Origin: Caedibacter taeniospiralis
GTDB lineage: Bacteria; Pseudomonadota; Gammaproteobacteria; Francisellales; Francisellaceae
Direction of reading: 5' to 3'
NCBI RefSeq assembly: GCF_002803295.2
Contig: NZ_PGGB02000007.1
Span: forward strand, 9,365 to 41,364
DNA length: 32,000 nucleotides
The position numbers and the translations under genes are program-made. The notes below the pieces were generated by a model. That model was not told the origin of the DNA. It was given only the letters and a program-made list of their open reading frames with translations, and ran no database searches. Below, piece by piece: positions 9,601 through 20,257 of this stretch. The first letter of the stretch is position 1, and each line of letters starts with the position of its first letter.

Positions 9601-10568
9601 GCGCCGAACTGCAGACACTTTGGTCACAAACCTCCTATCAAATCCAGAGAATGCGTGATAATGCGAGGTGTGCCGATGAGGAACATGAGCTGATCAATCG
9701 GCTTAATGATCACGGTTTATTTGCCCAGGTTGCATATGACTGCAAAGAAAATATTGCAGCAGCTTACCTTAATTTTGGTATTAAACCCAAAGTTGCTATT
9801 TTGCGCGAACAAGGGGTCAACAGCAATAACGAAATGGCAGCTGCGTTTACCCTAAGCGGTTTTGATGCCATTGATGTACATATGACTGATTTACAAAACA
9901 ATCGTATTAACCTGAACGATTTCAAGGGCCTTGCTGCCTGTGGCGGATTTTCTTATGGTGACGTACTTGGTGCGGGAGGCGGCTGGGCAAAATCGATTTT
10001 ATTTAATCCTAAGCTTTTAGATCAATTTGCTGCATTTTTTGCTCGTCCTGATACCTTCAGTGTTGGTATGTGTAATGGCTGTCAGATGTTATCGCAATTA
10101 AAAGACATTATTCCAGGGGCAACACACTGGCCTCGCTTTGTCAGAAACCTCTCTGAGCAATTTGAAGGACGCTTATCAATGGTCGAAGTGCTTAAAAGCC
10201 CTTCAATTGTCTTTGCAGGCATGGATGGCTTAAAAATGCCCATCGTTGTTTCACATGCTGAGGGGCGAACGCAGTATCGCGATGCCAATGACTTAAACAC
10301 TTTAATTGCCAATAAGCAAACCGTGATGCGTTTTATCGACAGCCACAGCAATCCCACCGAGTATTATCCACTTAATCCTAATGGCTCTAAAGACGGTTTC
10401 ACGAGTTTCACCTCTACTGACGGGCGCGCCACAATCATGATGCCACATCCTGAACGTGTCTTTAGATTAGTACAAATGTCATGGTATCCTGCGGACTGGA
10501 AAAATAAAGATATCGAATACTCACCATGGATGCGTTTATTTATGAATGCACGCAAGTGGGTTGGGTAA
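6669..10568 (+). CDS. purL: Phosphoribosylformylglycinamidine (FGAM) synthase, large single-chain form
   Basis: 1299 aa. It has the N-terminal, FGAM-synthase and C-terminal glutaminase parts (GVCNGCQML-like [13 protein letters not shown]). The start may be the second ATG at 6681 ([13 protein letters not shown]). Confidence 0.95.
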   Translation: MSRKMLQIFGNNALSSFDQQRILSKLQGIIPGIEQVQAEYIHFIESKETLTEDAMGKLKALLTYGDKGVLTEKTGQAIIVTPRLGTISPWSSKATDIAHNCGLKEIIRIERGIVYYLQSKHSLEQNTLTQLTATLHDRMMQSVTFSLAETNPFTNTHAEGKLRIVPLLAQGRIALEKINDELGLALSNDEIDYLQTGFLELNRDPTDVELMMFAQANSEHCRHKIFRADWIIDAQAQTHGLFAMIKNTYEHHKENILSAYHDNAAVIAGYAAERLQRHKDGLYHFKREPIHIQIKVETHNHPTAIAPYPGAATGAGGEIRDEGATGLGAKPKAGLTGYTVSNLNIPDDIQAWELPYGKPDRIRSALDIMIEAPLGGAAFNNEFGRPNLCGYFRTFERYYNGEVWGYHKPIMIAGGYGNIKEEHIEKRKIPAGAKIIVLGGPGMLIGLGGGAASSVNAGDLHETLDFASVQRDNAEIERRAQEVIDSCWSMGLDNPIISIHDVGAGGLSNALPELVVDCERGAIFDLNKIGVAEKGLSPLEIWCNESQERYVLAISADDLATFDQIARRERCPYSIVGEATTEQMLILKDSNSTVDLIHMPLSLLLGKAPKTVKNVTTTAHAYSNWDYSKINLTDAAKRILRLPAVGSKKFLITIGDRSVGGMTQRDQMVGPWQIPVADVAVTASSFTDYHGEAMAMGERPILAMMNPQAAARITIGEAITNIAAAYIYHLSDVKLSANWMAASSHPGEDARLYEMVKTAGLEFCPALDLTIPVGKDSLSMKTTWRDEDGEKAVTSPVSLIVTAFAPVQDIRRTLTPQLRLAFETDLIFIDLGLGKNRLGGSSFAQVYNEFGNETPDIEPVLLQSFFAAIHKLVKEDKILAYHDRSDGGLFTTLCEMMFAAKCGLDVDIDALGDDPHAVLFNEELGAVIQVRNTDCDIVMQMLASFQLKAHHIGRPNASTADAKLIISQDIDELFSMTRAELQTLWSQTSYQIQRMRDNARCADEEHELINRLNDHGLFAQVAYDCKENIAAAYLNFGIKPKVAILREQGVNSNNEMAAAFTLSGFDAIDVHMTDLQNNRINLNDFKGLAACGGFSYGDVLGAGGGWAKSILFNPKLLDQFAAFFARPDTFSVGMCNGCQMLSQLKDIIPGATHWPRFVRNLSEQFEGRLSMVEVLKSPSIVFAGMDGLKMPIVVSHAEGRTQYRDANDLNTLIANKQTVMRFIDSHSNPTEYYPLNPNGSKDGFTSFTSTDGRATIMMPHPERVFRLVQMSWYPADWKNKDIEYSPWMRLFMNARKWVG

Positions 10569-10608
10569 CAGATATTTAACGCCCCATGTTGCTAATAAGT
10601 ACTCAATC

Positions 10609-11193
10609 ATGCAAGCTACTATCCGCAGGCAGTTGTGCCATAAAAGGCAAGCCATTTCTTTAGCACAGAAACAGCAATATGCGAAAGATCTATGCGCACA
10701 ATTTTCCCGCTGTTATGCTGACCTTTTAAAATCCAAGGCTAAAAAAATTGCCAGTTACTATGCTTCCAGCGAAGAAATTTCACCCCATTTGATTGACCAG
10801 GAGCTCAAAATGCAACATGAAATTTACTACCCTATGCTGCATCCTTTTAAAAAGCGCAAGCTTTTATTTGTGAGAGAATCTATAAGGCATTGCCATAACA
10901 GATATGGCTTAGAAGAGCCTTTGTTTATTGCTGATAAAACGATATCACCATGGGAGCTTGATATGATCATTGTGCCATTAGTCGGTTTTGATTTGGCAAA
11001 AAATCGCATCGGCATGGGGGGTGGTTTTTATGACAGCTCACTTACGCTTTGTAAAGCTTTCAACAACACGGAGTTTGTTGGTATCGCTTTTGATGAACAG
11101 CAATTTGAGCAATCACAGCATCATCCTCTTGCAATGAATGAATGGGACATTAAAATGGACGCCATTATTACCCCAACACGAATCATTCGCTAA
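10609..11193 (+). CDS. 5-formyltetrahydrofolate cyclo-ligase
   Basis: The ORF-track ORF starts at 10546 and overlaps the purL end. I prefer the ATG at 10609 (MQATIRRQL...). The motifs DMIIVPLVGFD and RIGMGGGFYD are typical of the family. Confidence 0.8.
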   Translation: MQATIRRQLCHKRQAISLAQKQQYAKDLCAQFSRCYADLLKSKAKKIASYYASSEEISPHLIDQELKMQHEIYYPMLHPFKKRKLLFVRESIRHCHNRYGLEEPLFIADKTISPWELDMIIVPLVGFDLAKNRIGMGGGFYDSSLTLCKAFNNTEFVGIAFDEQQFEQSQHHPLAMNEWDIKMDAIITPTRIIR

Positions 11194-11200
11194 ATTGAAT

Positions 11201-11455
11201 ATGACACTCTATGACACAATTATTGAAAGGCTTGATAAAAAATTCGCTCCGACCTTTATTGAACTAATAGATGAGACAGATAAACATAAGCAGCACAAAC
11301 AATTTCAAACTGGGAAATCACACTTTAAATTACACATTGCTAGTGTCAGATTTGCAACCCTTAGTACACTCGAAGCACACCAGGAAATCTACGCCTGTTT
11401 AGAAGATCTCATGCACAATAGTATTCACGCCCTATCGATCCATATCCACAAATAA
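11201..11455 (+). CDS. BolA-family protein
   Basis: 84 aa from the ATG at 11201. It has SHFKLHIASVRF...EAHQEIYACL...IHALSIH, the BolA signature (HF..i.S..F....RH..vy..l..iHAL). Confidence 0.75.
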   Translation: MTLYDTIIERLDKKFAPTFIELIDETDKHKQHKQFQTGKSHFKLHIASVRFATLSTLEAHQEIYACLEDLMHNSIHALSIHIHK

Positions 11456-11611
11456 CCATCATAAAAAGGAGGAAATACGCCCGGGGGAAAGTGCAAAAGC
11501 CCTGAACTGCTTAAAAATACTTGCTTTGAGCGTGTGTTTCAATGTTTCTTGCATCGAACTCACGTTATACTAAGGCGCAAAAGTGTAGGACGATTCCTTA
11601 AAAATTCTTCA

Positions 11612-12238
11612 ATGTCGAAAAACAAACACAGTAAAAGCAGTAAACGCTGGTTAGATGAACATCATAGCGACCATTATGTTGCGAAGGCGAAAAAAGATGG
11701 CTTTCGCTCTAGAGCCGCATACAAGCTTCTTGAGCTCCAGGAGAAAGACAGGCTATTTAATCAGGGTATGACGGTGGTTGATCTTGGAGCTGCGCCTGGT
11801 GGCTGGTCACAAGTCTTAACTGAATGTGTAGGCAGCCAGGGCAAGGTGTTTGCGCTGGATATTCTTGAAATGGATCCCTTGCCTGAAGTTACTTTTATCC
11901 AGGGTGATTTCACTGAAGATGAATCCTATCAGGCATTGATGCAGCTTACCGCAGGTGAATCGATTGACTGGGTTATTTCGGATATGTCACCTAATATGAG
12001 CGGTAATCGCAATACCGATCAGGCAGGCTCCATGTATCTGGTGGAGCTTGCTCTTGATTTTGCTGATAGCGTGTTAAAATCTCATGGCAATTTTTTGGCA
12101 AAAGTTTTCCAGGGCGAGGGCTTTGATGCTTTTGTTAAGAAAATACAACAACAATTTCAGAAAGTGGTAATTCGCAAACCTGATGCTTCACGTGCCCGTT
12201 CGCGCGAGGTGTATGTTATTGGTTTTAATAAACGTTAA
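11612..12238 (+). CDS. rlmE: 23S rRNA (uridine2552-2'-O)-methyltransferase RlmE/FtsJ
   Basis: 208 aa from the ATG at 11612. It has SKRWLDEHHSDHYVAKAKKDGFRSRAAYKL and VVDLGAAPGGWSQV (SAM motif). The GTG-extended track ORF from 11534 is unlikely. Confidence 0.9.
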   Translation: MSKNKHSKSSKRWLDEHHSDHYVAKAKKDGFRSRAAYKLLELQEKDRLFNQGMTVVDLGAAPGGWSQVLTECVGSQGKVFALDILEMDPLPEVTFIQGDFTEDESYQALMQLTAGESIDWVISDMSPNMSGNRNTDQAGSMYLVELALDFADSVLKSHGNFLAKVFQGEGFDAFVKKIQQQFQKVVIRKPDASRARSREVYVIGFNKR

Positions 12239-12248
12239 TGGAACAACT

Positions 12249-12806
12249 ATGGGCTATCGATTATCAAAAATTTACACAAGAACTGGTGATCAGGGAACAA
12301 CAGCATTATCTAATAACATCCGTATTGAAAAATGCGCACCCATTATTGAAACCATTGGGCAAATTGATGAGCTTAATGCTGCCATTGGTGTGATCGTCGC
12401 TTTTTCTCATGACACTGTCATTAATGAACAGCTTCAATACATTCAGCAGCATTTATTTAATATTGGCGGTGAGCTGTCTTTTCCTGAATTTAGTCAATTG
12501 AATACTGACTCGATTACAATGCTTGAAAAACAAATAGATGATTGGAATGAAAGTCTTGCTCCCTTGAAAGAGTTTATCTTACCAGGGGGCTCGCAATGCT
12601 CGGCACTGTGCCATCAGGCTCGCACCATAGCGCGCAAAACCGAAAGAAGCTACGTGGCTTTGATACAAGATAAAACGCAGCCTAATAATCCATTGATTCT
12701 AAGTTTCCTTAATCGACTATCAGATTATTTGTTTGTATTAGCACGCTTTATTAACCTTAACGATCACCATCCCGAAATACTATGGGCAAGTCATCGAGGT
12801 TGTTAA
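12249..12806 (+). CDS. ATP:cob(I)alamin adenosyltransferase, PduO/MMAB type
   Basis: 185 aa from the ATG at 12249. The N-terminal KIYTRTGDQGTTAL motif and a helical bundle with FILPGG are present. Confidence 0.85.
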   Translation: MGYRLSKIYTRTGDQGTTALSNNIRIEKCAPIIETIGQIDELNAAIGVIVAFSHDTVINEQLQYIQQHLFNIGGELSFPEFSQLNTDSITMLEKQIDDWNESLAPLKEFILPGGSQCSALCHQARTIARKTERSYVALIQDKTQPNNPLILSFLNRLSDYLFVLARFINLNDHHPEILWASHRGC

Positions 12807-12886
12807 AATAAACAATCAGAACTCAGGAGAGCTTAGTTTCTAAAAAATTTGGCACACTAACGATCCAAAGTGCCATTAAACTTGAA

Positions 12887-13780
12887 ATGAACAAAAACTG
12901 GAGCAAACACGTGGAACTTCATATGCAAAATCTCAATCAATACCTTCAGTGGATTATTTCTTTAATCTTGGAGCATTTACCTAATGTGGTACTGGCAATC
13001 ATTATTTTTATTGCGGGCTTCATCATCGCCAAAATCGTTAAGAATAGCACCCAAAAGCTGCTGCTTAAAACCAAGTTAGACAAAGCCGTAACTATGTTTT
13101 TGATGCAGATTCTGCATATTTTTTTGATTATCTTTGTTATCTTAATTGCTATTAGTGAGCTAGGCATATCAACAACTCCGCTAACCGCGGCAATTACTGC
13201 TTTAATCGTTGGGATTGGCATGTCGTTAAGAAACTCAGCCAATATCGTTGTATCTGGCATTATGCTTGTTTCCACACGCCCATTCAAAATTGGCGAGTTT
13301 GTTGATCTTGGGGGTGTCACTGGTACTGTGGAAAGTATCAGCTTTGTATTTTGTACTTTGCGCACTACCGATGGACTGGAAGTTAAAGTTCCTAATAGCT
13401 TGGTGACTGCACGCATTATCACTAATTTCTCCAACAATGAATTCAGACGGAACGATTTTACTGTTGGTATTAGCTATGATAGTGACTTGAAAATGGCAAA
13501 AGCGCTATTGCAATCACTTCTCGAACGCCATGATAAAATCATCAAAGACGACAGCAAAGCCCCCATTGTTCGTGTTGATGTGCTTGCCGATAGCAGTGTG
13601 AATTTACTTGTGCGCTATTGGACTAAACGCGCTGACTTCTTTGAAACCAAATGGGCGCTAACAGAACAAGTCAAACTCTGTTTTGATGAAAACAATATCG
13701 AAATCCCTTTCCCACAAAGAACACTGGATATTAAAGCCAATCAAGCCGAAGGCATAAGCTATAGCGTTGATAAGAAATAA
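12887..13780 (+). CDS. Small-conductance mechanosensitive channel (MscS family)
   Basis: 297 aa with three N-terminal TM segments. It has RPFKIGEFVDLGGVTGTVESISFVFCTLRTTDGLEVKVPNS, the classic MscS beta-domain. Confidence 0.85.
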   Translation: MNKNWSKHVELHMQNLNQYLQWIISLILEHLPNVVLAIIIFIAGFIIAKIVKNSTQKLLLKTKLDKAVTMFLMQILHIFLIIFVILIAISELGISTTPLTAAITALIVGIGMSLRNSANIVVSGIMLVSTRPFKIGEFVDLGGVTGTVESISFVFCTLRTTDGLEVKVPNSLVTARIITNFSNNEFRRNDFTVGISYDSDLKMAKALLQSLLERHDKIIKDDSKAPIVRVDVLADSSVNLLVRYWTKRADFFETKWALTEQVKLCFDENNIEIPFPQRTLDIKANQAEGISYSVDKK

Positions 13781-14451
13781 TTTGCCAATACTAAATCTAT
13801 GGGCATTGTGATTTTTATATTTCTCTTATCACCATTGACAATAAGTGGCTGATGATCCAACGCCTCAATGGCTGAAGCTTCGTCGGTTACCATGATGTTG
13901 TTATGTAGACAGAAATAATATCCCATAAGCAAGGTGCGATAGCGAAAAGCCTGTGGAGTTTGCGCAAGGTAAATACACCTGCGATCCAGGGTTTTGACAA
14001 TATTCTGTTGTTCATCAACTAATTTTACCGTATCAGATACCGCAGTTGCCAATATCCCACCTATGGTGTTCTCTATACGGATTGCTGCATACAGTCTTCT
14101 CACATCGTCTAAATTCACGCAGGGTCTTACAGCATCGTGGACAAATATCCAGTCATCATCTTCAGCCACATTTTTTAACGACATCAGTGCATTACGCACG
14201 CTATCACCGCGTTCCTTGCCTCCTGCGCATATCCTAACGCGTGCATTACTAATGTGAATGGAGTTTTTCCAATGACGATCTCTTGAATTAAGCACAACCA
14301 CCACTAAATCAAAAAAAGGCTCATTTAATAAACGAAAAATTGCCGTGTCCAGAATGGATAAGCCATTATCCAGCTTAATGTACTGCTTAGGCAACTCTTG
14401 CTGCATTCTACTTCCAATACCACTTGCTGGAATAATCAGGATTCGCCTCAT
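13759..14451 (-). CDS. ispD: 2-C-methyl-D-erythritol 4-phosphate cytidylyltransferase
   Basis: It has IIPASGIGSRMQQELPKQYIKL. The ATG at 14451-14449 overlaps the ftsB TGA by 1 nt; the track start at 14454 is a TTG one codon upstream. The 3' end overlaps the convergent mscS gene by 22 nt. Confidence 0.9.
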   Translation of the reverse strand: MRRILIIPASGIGSRMQQELPKQYIKLDNGLSILDTAIFRLLNEPFFDLVVVVLNSRDRHWKNSIHISNARVRICAGGKERGDSVRNALMSLKNVAEDDDWIFVHDAVRPCVNLDDVRRLYAAIRIENTIGGILATAVSDTVKLVDEQQNIVKTLDRRCIYLAQTPQAFRYRTLLMGYYFCLHNNIMVTDEASAIEALDHQPLIVNGDKRNIKITMPIDLVLANYFLSTL

Positions 14452-14767
14452 CAATTATCTTCCTGTAGTGAAACTTTTTTATTTTGAACCATTACAATTT
14501 GATAAAAAACTTCACCTTCCTTGATAAACCCCAGGTTTTCTCGTGCCATACCTTCCAAAACTGAATTATTCTGGCGCAAAGAAAGAATTTCAGCATACCA
14601 GTGCTTATTGCGCACTTCTAAGACGCCATTGTCCGCCTGCTTGATATTAACAGCTTCTGTTAGGGACCGCGTTGCAAAAAAACCCGTTTTACTCCACCAA
14701 AAGTCATACTGTAAGGTTGCTATACCAATAAGCAGAATTGCAATAAACAGAGTATAACGCGAAATCA

Positions 14768-14768
<1 letters not shown>
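14451..14768 (-). CDS. ftsB: Cell division protein FtsB
   Basis: 105 aa with a single N-terminal TM segment. It has LQYDFWWSKTGF...RNKHWYAEILSLRQNNSVLEGMARENLGFIKEGEVFYQIV, matching the FtsB pattern. It sits in the conserved eno-ftsB-ispD context. Confidence 0.85.
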
Positions 14769-16318
<1,550 letters not shown>

Positions 16319-16408
16319 TTACCCTAAATGCCTAGCAGATTAAGCGTTAGATTGTGTTGTCAGGTGAAAAGACAACAACATGTAAAACAACCCTACCTTT
16401 TCCCATCG

Positions 16409-17041
16409 CTAGTTTTCCTCTATCCCATCATTAAGTTCAATAAATGGTAATTCATACCACGCATCCAGTTTTTGCTTAAATTTCTCTAAGCCTGTACCTG
16501 TTTGCGCTGAAAACAATTGAAAACTGATATTATCCCGTACCCTTAGCTGTTTTAGATAATCACGCATCAAGCGTTCAGCTTTAGCCTTCTCAGCATTCTT
16601 AAGCTTGTCGGCTTTCGTTAATAGAACATGTAGATTCAGGTCACGCCCAACAGCAGCTTCGATCATCATACAATCGAAGTCTTTAATGGGATGGCGTGAA
16701 TCAACCAGTAATACAATTCCCTTTAAGCATTGCCTTGTGGTGAGGTACATCTCAAGTGTTTTTTGCCAACTGGCTTTGATTTTTTCTGATACTTTGGCAT
16801 ATCCATAACCTGGCAAGTCGACCAGGCGTTTGTGCTCTTCCAAAGTAAACAGGTTAATCAACTGCGTTCTACCTGGGGTTTTACTGACTCGTGCCAGTTT
16901 CTTTTGTTCAGTCAGCGCGTTTAATGCACTTGATTTCCCTGCATTTGATCGCCCTGCAAATGCTACCTCAATCCCATAATCATCAGGCAACTGCTCCACT
17001 AAAGATGCGCCCATTAAATATTTTGCATTACGATAATTCAT
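16409..17041 (-). CDS. engB: Ribosome biogenesis GTPase EngB/YihA
   Basis: It has [14 protein letters not shown] (G1), DLPGYGYA (G3) and TKADK (G4). I prefer the ATG at 17041 ([13 protein letters not shown]); the track start at 17053 is a TTG. Confidence 0.9.
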   Translation of the reverse strand: MNYRNAKYLMGASLVEQLPDDYGIEVAFAGRSNAGKSSALNALTEQKKLARVSKTPGRTQLINLFTLEEHKRLVDLPGYGYAKVSEKIKASWQKTLEMYLTTRQCLKGIVLLVDSRHPIKDFDCMMIEAAVGRDLNLHVLLTKADKLKNAEKAKAERLMRDYLKQLRVRDNISFQLFSAQTGTGLEKFKQKLDAWYELPFIELNDGIEEN

Positions 17042-17049
17042 TATTGCTC

Positions 17050-17559
17050 TCAATTATTTGACTTATTTAAATTTGCTTTTAACTGATCCAGTAGATGTCT
17101 GCATGCTGTATCGATCATTAGATACACTTGATCAAAGCCATCGTTATAGTAAGGGTCAGGCACATCATCAATAGATAACTCAGGAGCGTAATCCAAAAGC
17201 TTGACAATTTTCACCATGCCAGACTTTGGAGCTATAGACAGCATGTCACGGATATTTTTATCATCCATTGCAATCAAATAATCATAGTGCTCAAAATCTG
17301 ATGTAACCAGCTGTCTTGAGCGTAAATCACCAATATCGCAATCAAATTTCAAGGCAGTTGCAATCGTTCTTGGATCAGCTGCATCCCCTTTATGCCATCC
17401 ATCTGAGTGCGTTCCTGCAGACTCTATTTCAAAATAATCCGCTAAATCTGCCTCTTCTACTAACTGGCGAAAAATCCCATGTGCCGTTGGCGAGCGGCAA
17501 ATATTTCCCATACAGACAAACATTACTCTAATTTTTTTCATTTTTTTCACTCTTTTCAT
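17050..17559 (-). CDS. Low-molecular-weight protein-tyrosine phosphatase
   Basis: It has [10 protein letters not shown] (the CX5R(S/T) P-loop) and a DPYY-like motif (VPDPYY). The start is ambiguous among ATGs at 17559, 17541 and 17523. Confidence 0.85.
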   Translation of the reverse strand: MKRVKKMKKIRVMFVCMGNICRSPTAHGIFRQLVEEADLADYFEIESAGTHSDGWHKGDAADPRTIATALKFDCDIGDLRSRQLVTSDFEHYDYLIAMDDKNIRDMLSIAPKSGMVKIVKLLDYAPELSIDDVPDPYYNDGFDQVYLMIDTACRHLLDQLKANLNKSNN

Positions 17560-17649
17560 TCTGACTCTAAAAAAATATCGCCTACAAATTGCAGCATTTT
17601 TTGCTGTGCATCAGTGTATTACATTTTTATAGAGGATTGACAATACTAT

Positions 17650-18123
17650 TTATTTACGCCATAACCTTGCATCGACTAAAAAGGGAAGCTGTTCAACGCT
17701 CTTCACAACCTGACTAAATTTCTCATGTTCAGGATTTAGTAAGTAATTCCATTCCCTGGGGACAACCGCACTTGGCACTGCAAGCACCATGCTTTGACAG
17801 GATCTAAGCCAGTCATCACCCAAAGCAGCGGTTTCAGGTGGAGCAGGCTGATCTTGCCAGCATTTGGGTAGATGTTCTCGATCAACATACTGAATTTCTG
17901 ATTGTGGCAATTTAACTTGCAATAGTGTGTAATTTTGCAGTAAGGAATAATCTTCTAGATGGACGAAAATTTCTAAAATAGCAAGTGATTCAGAGCTTGC
18001 TACATATACACATGGCATGCCTTTACTATTCCATCTGCCTCCATATAGTTTTGCACCATCGCCAGTAAAAGCATTACTCAGCCATTTGGTTTTAACTAAC
18101 CTATACGCATAAACAGTACTCAC
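17650..18123 (-). CDS. RES-domain toxin (NAD+-targeting RES family)
   Basis: 157 aa. It has YGGRWNSKGMPCVYVASSESLAILE (R...E...S signature). The GTG start overlaps the upstream antitoxin stop (GTGA). Confidence 0.85.
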   Translation of the reverse strand: MSTVYAYRLVKTKWLSNAFTGDGAKLYGGRWNSKGMPCVYVASSESLAILEIFVHLEDYSLLQNYTLLQVKLPQSEIQYVDREHLPKCWQDQPAPPETAALGDDWLRSCQSMVLAVPSAVVPREWNYLLNPEHEKFSQVVKSVEQLPFLVDARLWRK

Positions 18124-18548
18124 GCAAAAACACCATGCTCAAGGCGCCCAATTAAATCTAAAACAGCTTCGGTTTCCGCTGATGTCCTTAACATCTCCAC
18201 AGGGCGTTTTCCGCCTAAGCCAGCAACAGAGGTTTGCAGCCAACTTTTTGCTTTTTCATTATGACCTTCAAATAAGTCCAGCGTCGCTTTGTATACTTCA
18301 GCGTAGCGATATAACCTATCACTTTCTGCTTCTGTGAAGAACCCAGATTTAAATCTTCTATTAAGAGATGCTGATGGAATGGTGGTGATTTCTGCCAGTT
18401 GTTTCTTCTCAAGACCAGAAATGACCGCAAGCTTGCTAAAAACATCGCAGCTAAAGCCATTGTGTATCGCTTGATATAAATCCTGACCACGGGAAGGCAT
18501 GCCGACAAATGCCCAAAAATCGCCTTGCTTTACTGATGTTGCTATCAT
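18120..18548 (-). CDS. Xre-like antitoxin with a DUF2384 (ParS/MbcA-type) C-terminal domain
   Basis: ATG at 18548 preceded by GGAG (tggagtttataATG). It has LAEITTIPSASLNRR...LTEAESDRLYRYAEVYKATLDLFEG...AKSWL...GLGGKRPVEMLRTSAETEAVLDLIGRLEHGVFA, which is typical of DUF2384. The track start at 18656 would run into the MNT gene. Confidence 0.8.
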   Translation of the reverse strand: MIATSVKQGDFWAFVGMPSRGQDLYQAIHNGFSCDVFSKLAVISGLEKKQLAEITTIPSASLNRRFKSGFFTEAESDRLYRYAEVYKATLDLFEGHNEKAKSWLQTSVAGLGGKRPVEMLRTSAETEAVLDLIGRLEHGVFA

Positions 18549-18561
18549 TATAAACTCCACA

Positions 18562-18594
18562 ATCATATGATATATCAAAATAATATCATATGAT
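18562..18594. promoter_or_regulatory. Two copies of the 10-bp palindrome ATCATATGAT, 23 bp centre to centre; candidate operator of the Xre/RES cassette
   Basis: ATCATATGAT occurs at 18562-18571 and 18585-18594, starting 14 nt upstream of the antitoxin ATG. Confidence 0.5.
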
Positions 18595-18609
18595 TTTATA
18601 AATACCAAC

Positions 18610-18936
18610 TTAGCACTTGCTTTGATTCCAATAAAAAAGCTGACCACACTGATCAATATGCTCTAAAAGCGCCAGATTACTAATCGTATGATAGTTACAT
18701 AAATCGATTAAATAAGGGGTGTTTAACGAATCCAATTCTTGAGAGACTCTATCCAGTATTTCTTGATTGATATTTTGTCCTTTTAACACCAGATCAATAT
18801 CTGATCCTGCTCTTTCTTTATTCATTGCACGTGATCCGTAGATAATTACTTGCTCTACTTCAGGAAACTGGGTAAAGACATTAGCAAAAATATTTATCAG
18901 GCTCTGCGCCAGACCAAACTTTACTGGTTCTGTCAT
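18610..18936 (-). CDS. Minimal nucleotidyltransferase (MNT, HI0073-like) antitoxin
   Basis: 108 aa. It has IYGSRAMNKERAGSDIDLVL (the GS-x10-DxD NTase motif) and ...PYLIDLCNY...LLEHIDQCGQLFY. ATGA overlap with the upstream HEPN gene. Confidence 0.85.
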   Translation of the reverse strand: MTEPVKFGLAQSLINIFANVFTQFPEVEQVIIYGSRAMNKERAGSDIDLVLKGQNINQEILDRVSQELDSLNTPYLIDLCNYHTISNLALLEHIDQCGQLFYWNQSKC

Positions 18937-19343
18937 AACTTTAAACTCATCGTTTGCGCCAATTGCTCAAAACAAAGGAGATAAATATCATGAACTTTAG
19001 TGAATTCTTGCTGTAATAAATTTATATCATAAGTATGTACAGTTCGATTGCGACTTTCTATCATATCCATCCATATCTGCCCTTCTTTAATTAAGCCAAG
19101 ATTAAATGCCAGTCGAGTTGCACTTCGTGAACCAGTAATATTCTGATGACCTTCAAATTCCAAAAAATCTTTAAGTACTTTCCAAGCCAGCTCATGTGTG
19201 AACTCAAAGCGCTGAAGCACCCCTTCTTTAACTATATCTGGAGCGCTATCATCATAATCTTGTATTGCTTGGCGTAACTGCGCTAACGCTTTTCGATAAT
19301 TAGAAAAACGCTGTTGCCAACGTATATTTTCTTTATAACTCAT
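18933..19343 (-). CDS. HEPN-domain protein, HI0074-family nucleotidyltransferase substrate-binding protein (toxin)
   Basis: It has QRFEFTHELAWKVLKDFLEFEG and ESRNRTVHTYD (the Rx4-6H HEPN motif). The ATG at 19343 overlaps the eamA TGA by 1 nt (TGATG); the track start at 19346 is a TTG. Confidence 0.85.
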   Translation of the reverse strand: MSYKENIRWQQRFSNYRKALAQLRQAIQDYDDSAPDIVKEGVLQRFEFTHELAWKVLKDFLEFEGHQNITGSRSATRLAFNLGLIKEGQIWMDMIESRNRTVHTYDINLLQQEFTKVHDIYLLCFEQLAQTMSLKL

Positions 19344-20242
19344 CAAACTCTCCCACTTAGTATTGAAACTTTTCTTCGCTTAACGTAACGCAAAATAGGC
19401 TCAATCGCAATTGATGATAGAATCAATACACATGCAAAAATCATATTTATGCTGATATGATCTCCCATAATGATGACACCAAATAGACTCCCAAATAATG
19501 GCACCAAATAATTAGATAATGAGCAAAATCCTGCCCCCGCACGCTTGATTAAACTGACATATAGCACATAAACCAGACCTGAGCAGAATACCCCAAGCGA
19601 CAATGAAGCAAGAAATGGAGATATTGAAAAGTGAATATTTGATAGCGAACCGTTGCTTGAGTTAATAACGCACATGACAATACTGCCCACAATAAACGCA
19701 TCGCGTGATAGTACAAAAGAATCCTCCTGCGGCAAACTACGAATCACAATAAGGGCTAAGGCAAATGACAAAGCTCCCATCAAAATGGCTATTTGTGGCA
19801 TGTATGACATGGATAATCCGTTGCGTAAATCTGGAAGAAATAAAACGATAAGACCTGCAAATCCCACAAGTACACTAAGAAATTTAACACCTGTTGCACG
19901 CTCAACTCCCGTTAAAAGCATCAGAACAATCGTGAAAAATGGAATAGTTCCCATTAAAATCGATGCCATACTCCCTGAAACAAATTGCTGCCCCCACATT
20001 ATCAAAACAAACGGGATAACAACCTCAAGCAGTCCAATGATAATTACTTTTAACCAGCTCAGGAGATCTCTTTTTGCATATTTTCTTCTGGTTATAAGAC
20101 AAAATATAATCAAGAAAACTGCGGCATAGAAGGTTCTAAGAAAAGATAACTGCTCAGGTGTGTATGTAGACAAAGATAAATCAATCAGAATAAATTGCCC
20201 GCCCCAAATCAGTCCGATAATGAGTAATAGCAGGTAGTTCAT
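19343..20242 (-). CDS. EamA/DMT-superfamily transporter
   Basis: 299 aa with ~10 TM segments and a duplicated EamA-like layout. It starts only 15 nt downstream of the greA stop. Confidence 0.8.
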   Translation of the reverse strand: MNYLLLLIIGLIWGGQFILIDLSLSTYTPEQLSFLRTFYAAVFLIIFCLITRRKYAKRDLLSWLKVIIIGLLEVVIPFVLIMWGQQFVSGSMASILMGTIPFFTIVLMLLTGVERATGVKFLSVLVGFAGLIVLFLPDLRNGLSMSYMPQIAILMGALSFALALIVIRSLPQEDSFVLSRDAFIVGSIVMCVINSSNGSLSNIHFSISPFLASLSLGVFCSGLVYVLYVSLIKRAGAGFCSLSNYLVPLFGSLFGVIIMGDHISINMIFACVLILSSIAIEPILRYVKRRKVSILSGRV

Positions 20243-20257
20243 TGCGCTATTTTGAAT

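Noticed and set aside
12850-12875. TGGCAC upstream of mscS considered as a sigma54 -24 element
   Set aside because: No TTGC -12 element lies at the required spacing. The TGGCAC simply forms a 6-bp inverted repeat with GTGCCA at 12870-12875.
12946-13437. 163-aa minus-strand ORF
   Set aside because: It lies entirely antisense to the MscS gene, which has clear family motifs. It is probably a hydrophobic mirror-frame artefact.
16351-16380. GTTGTC...GACAAC hairpin between engB and eno considered as a terminator
   Set aside because: The stem is short (6-7 bp), the loop is long, and no U-tract lies on the minus strand.
19653-20129. 158-aa plus-strand ORF
   Set aside because: It is antisense to the EamA transporter and has no motif.
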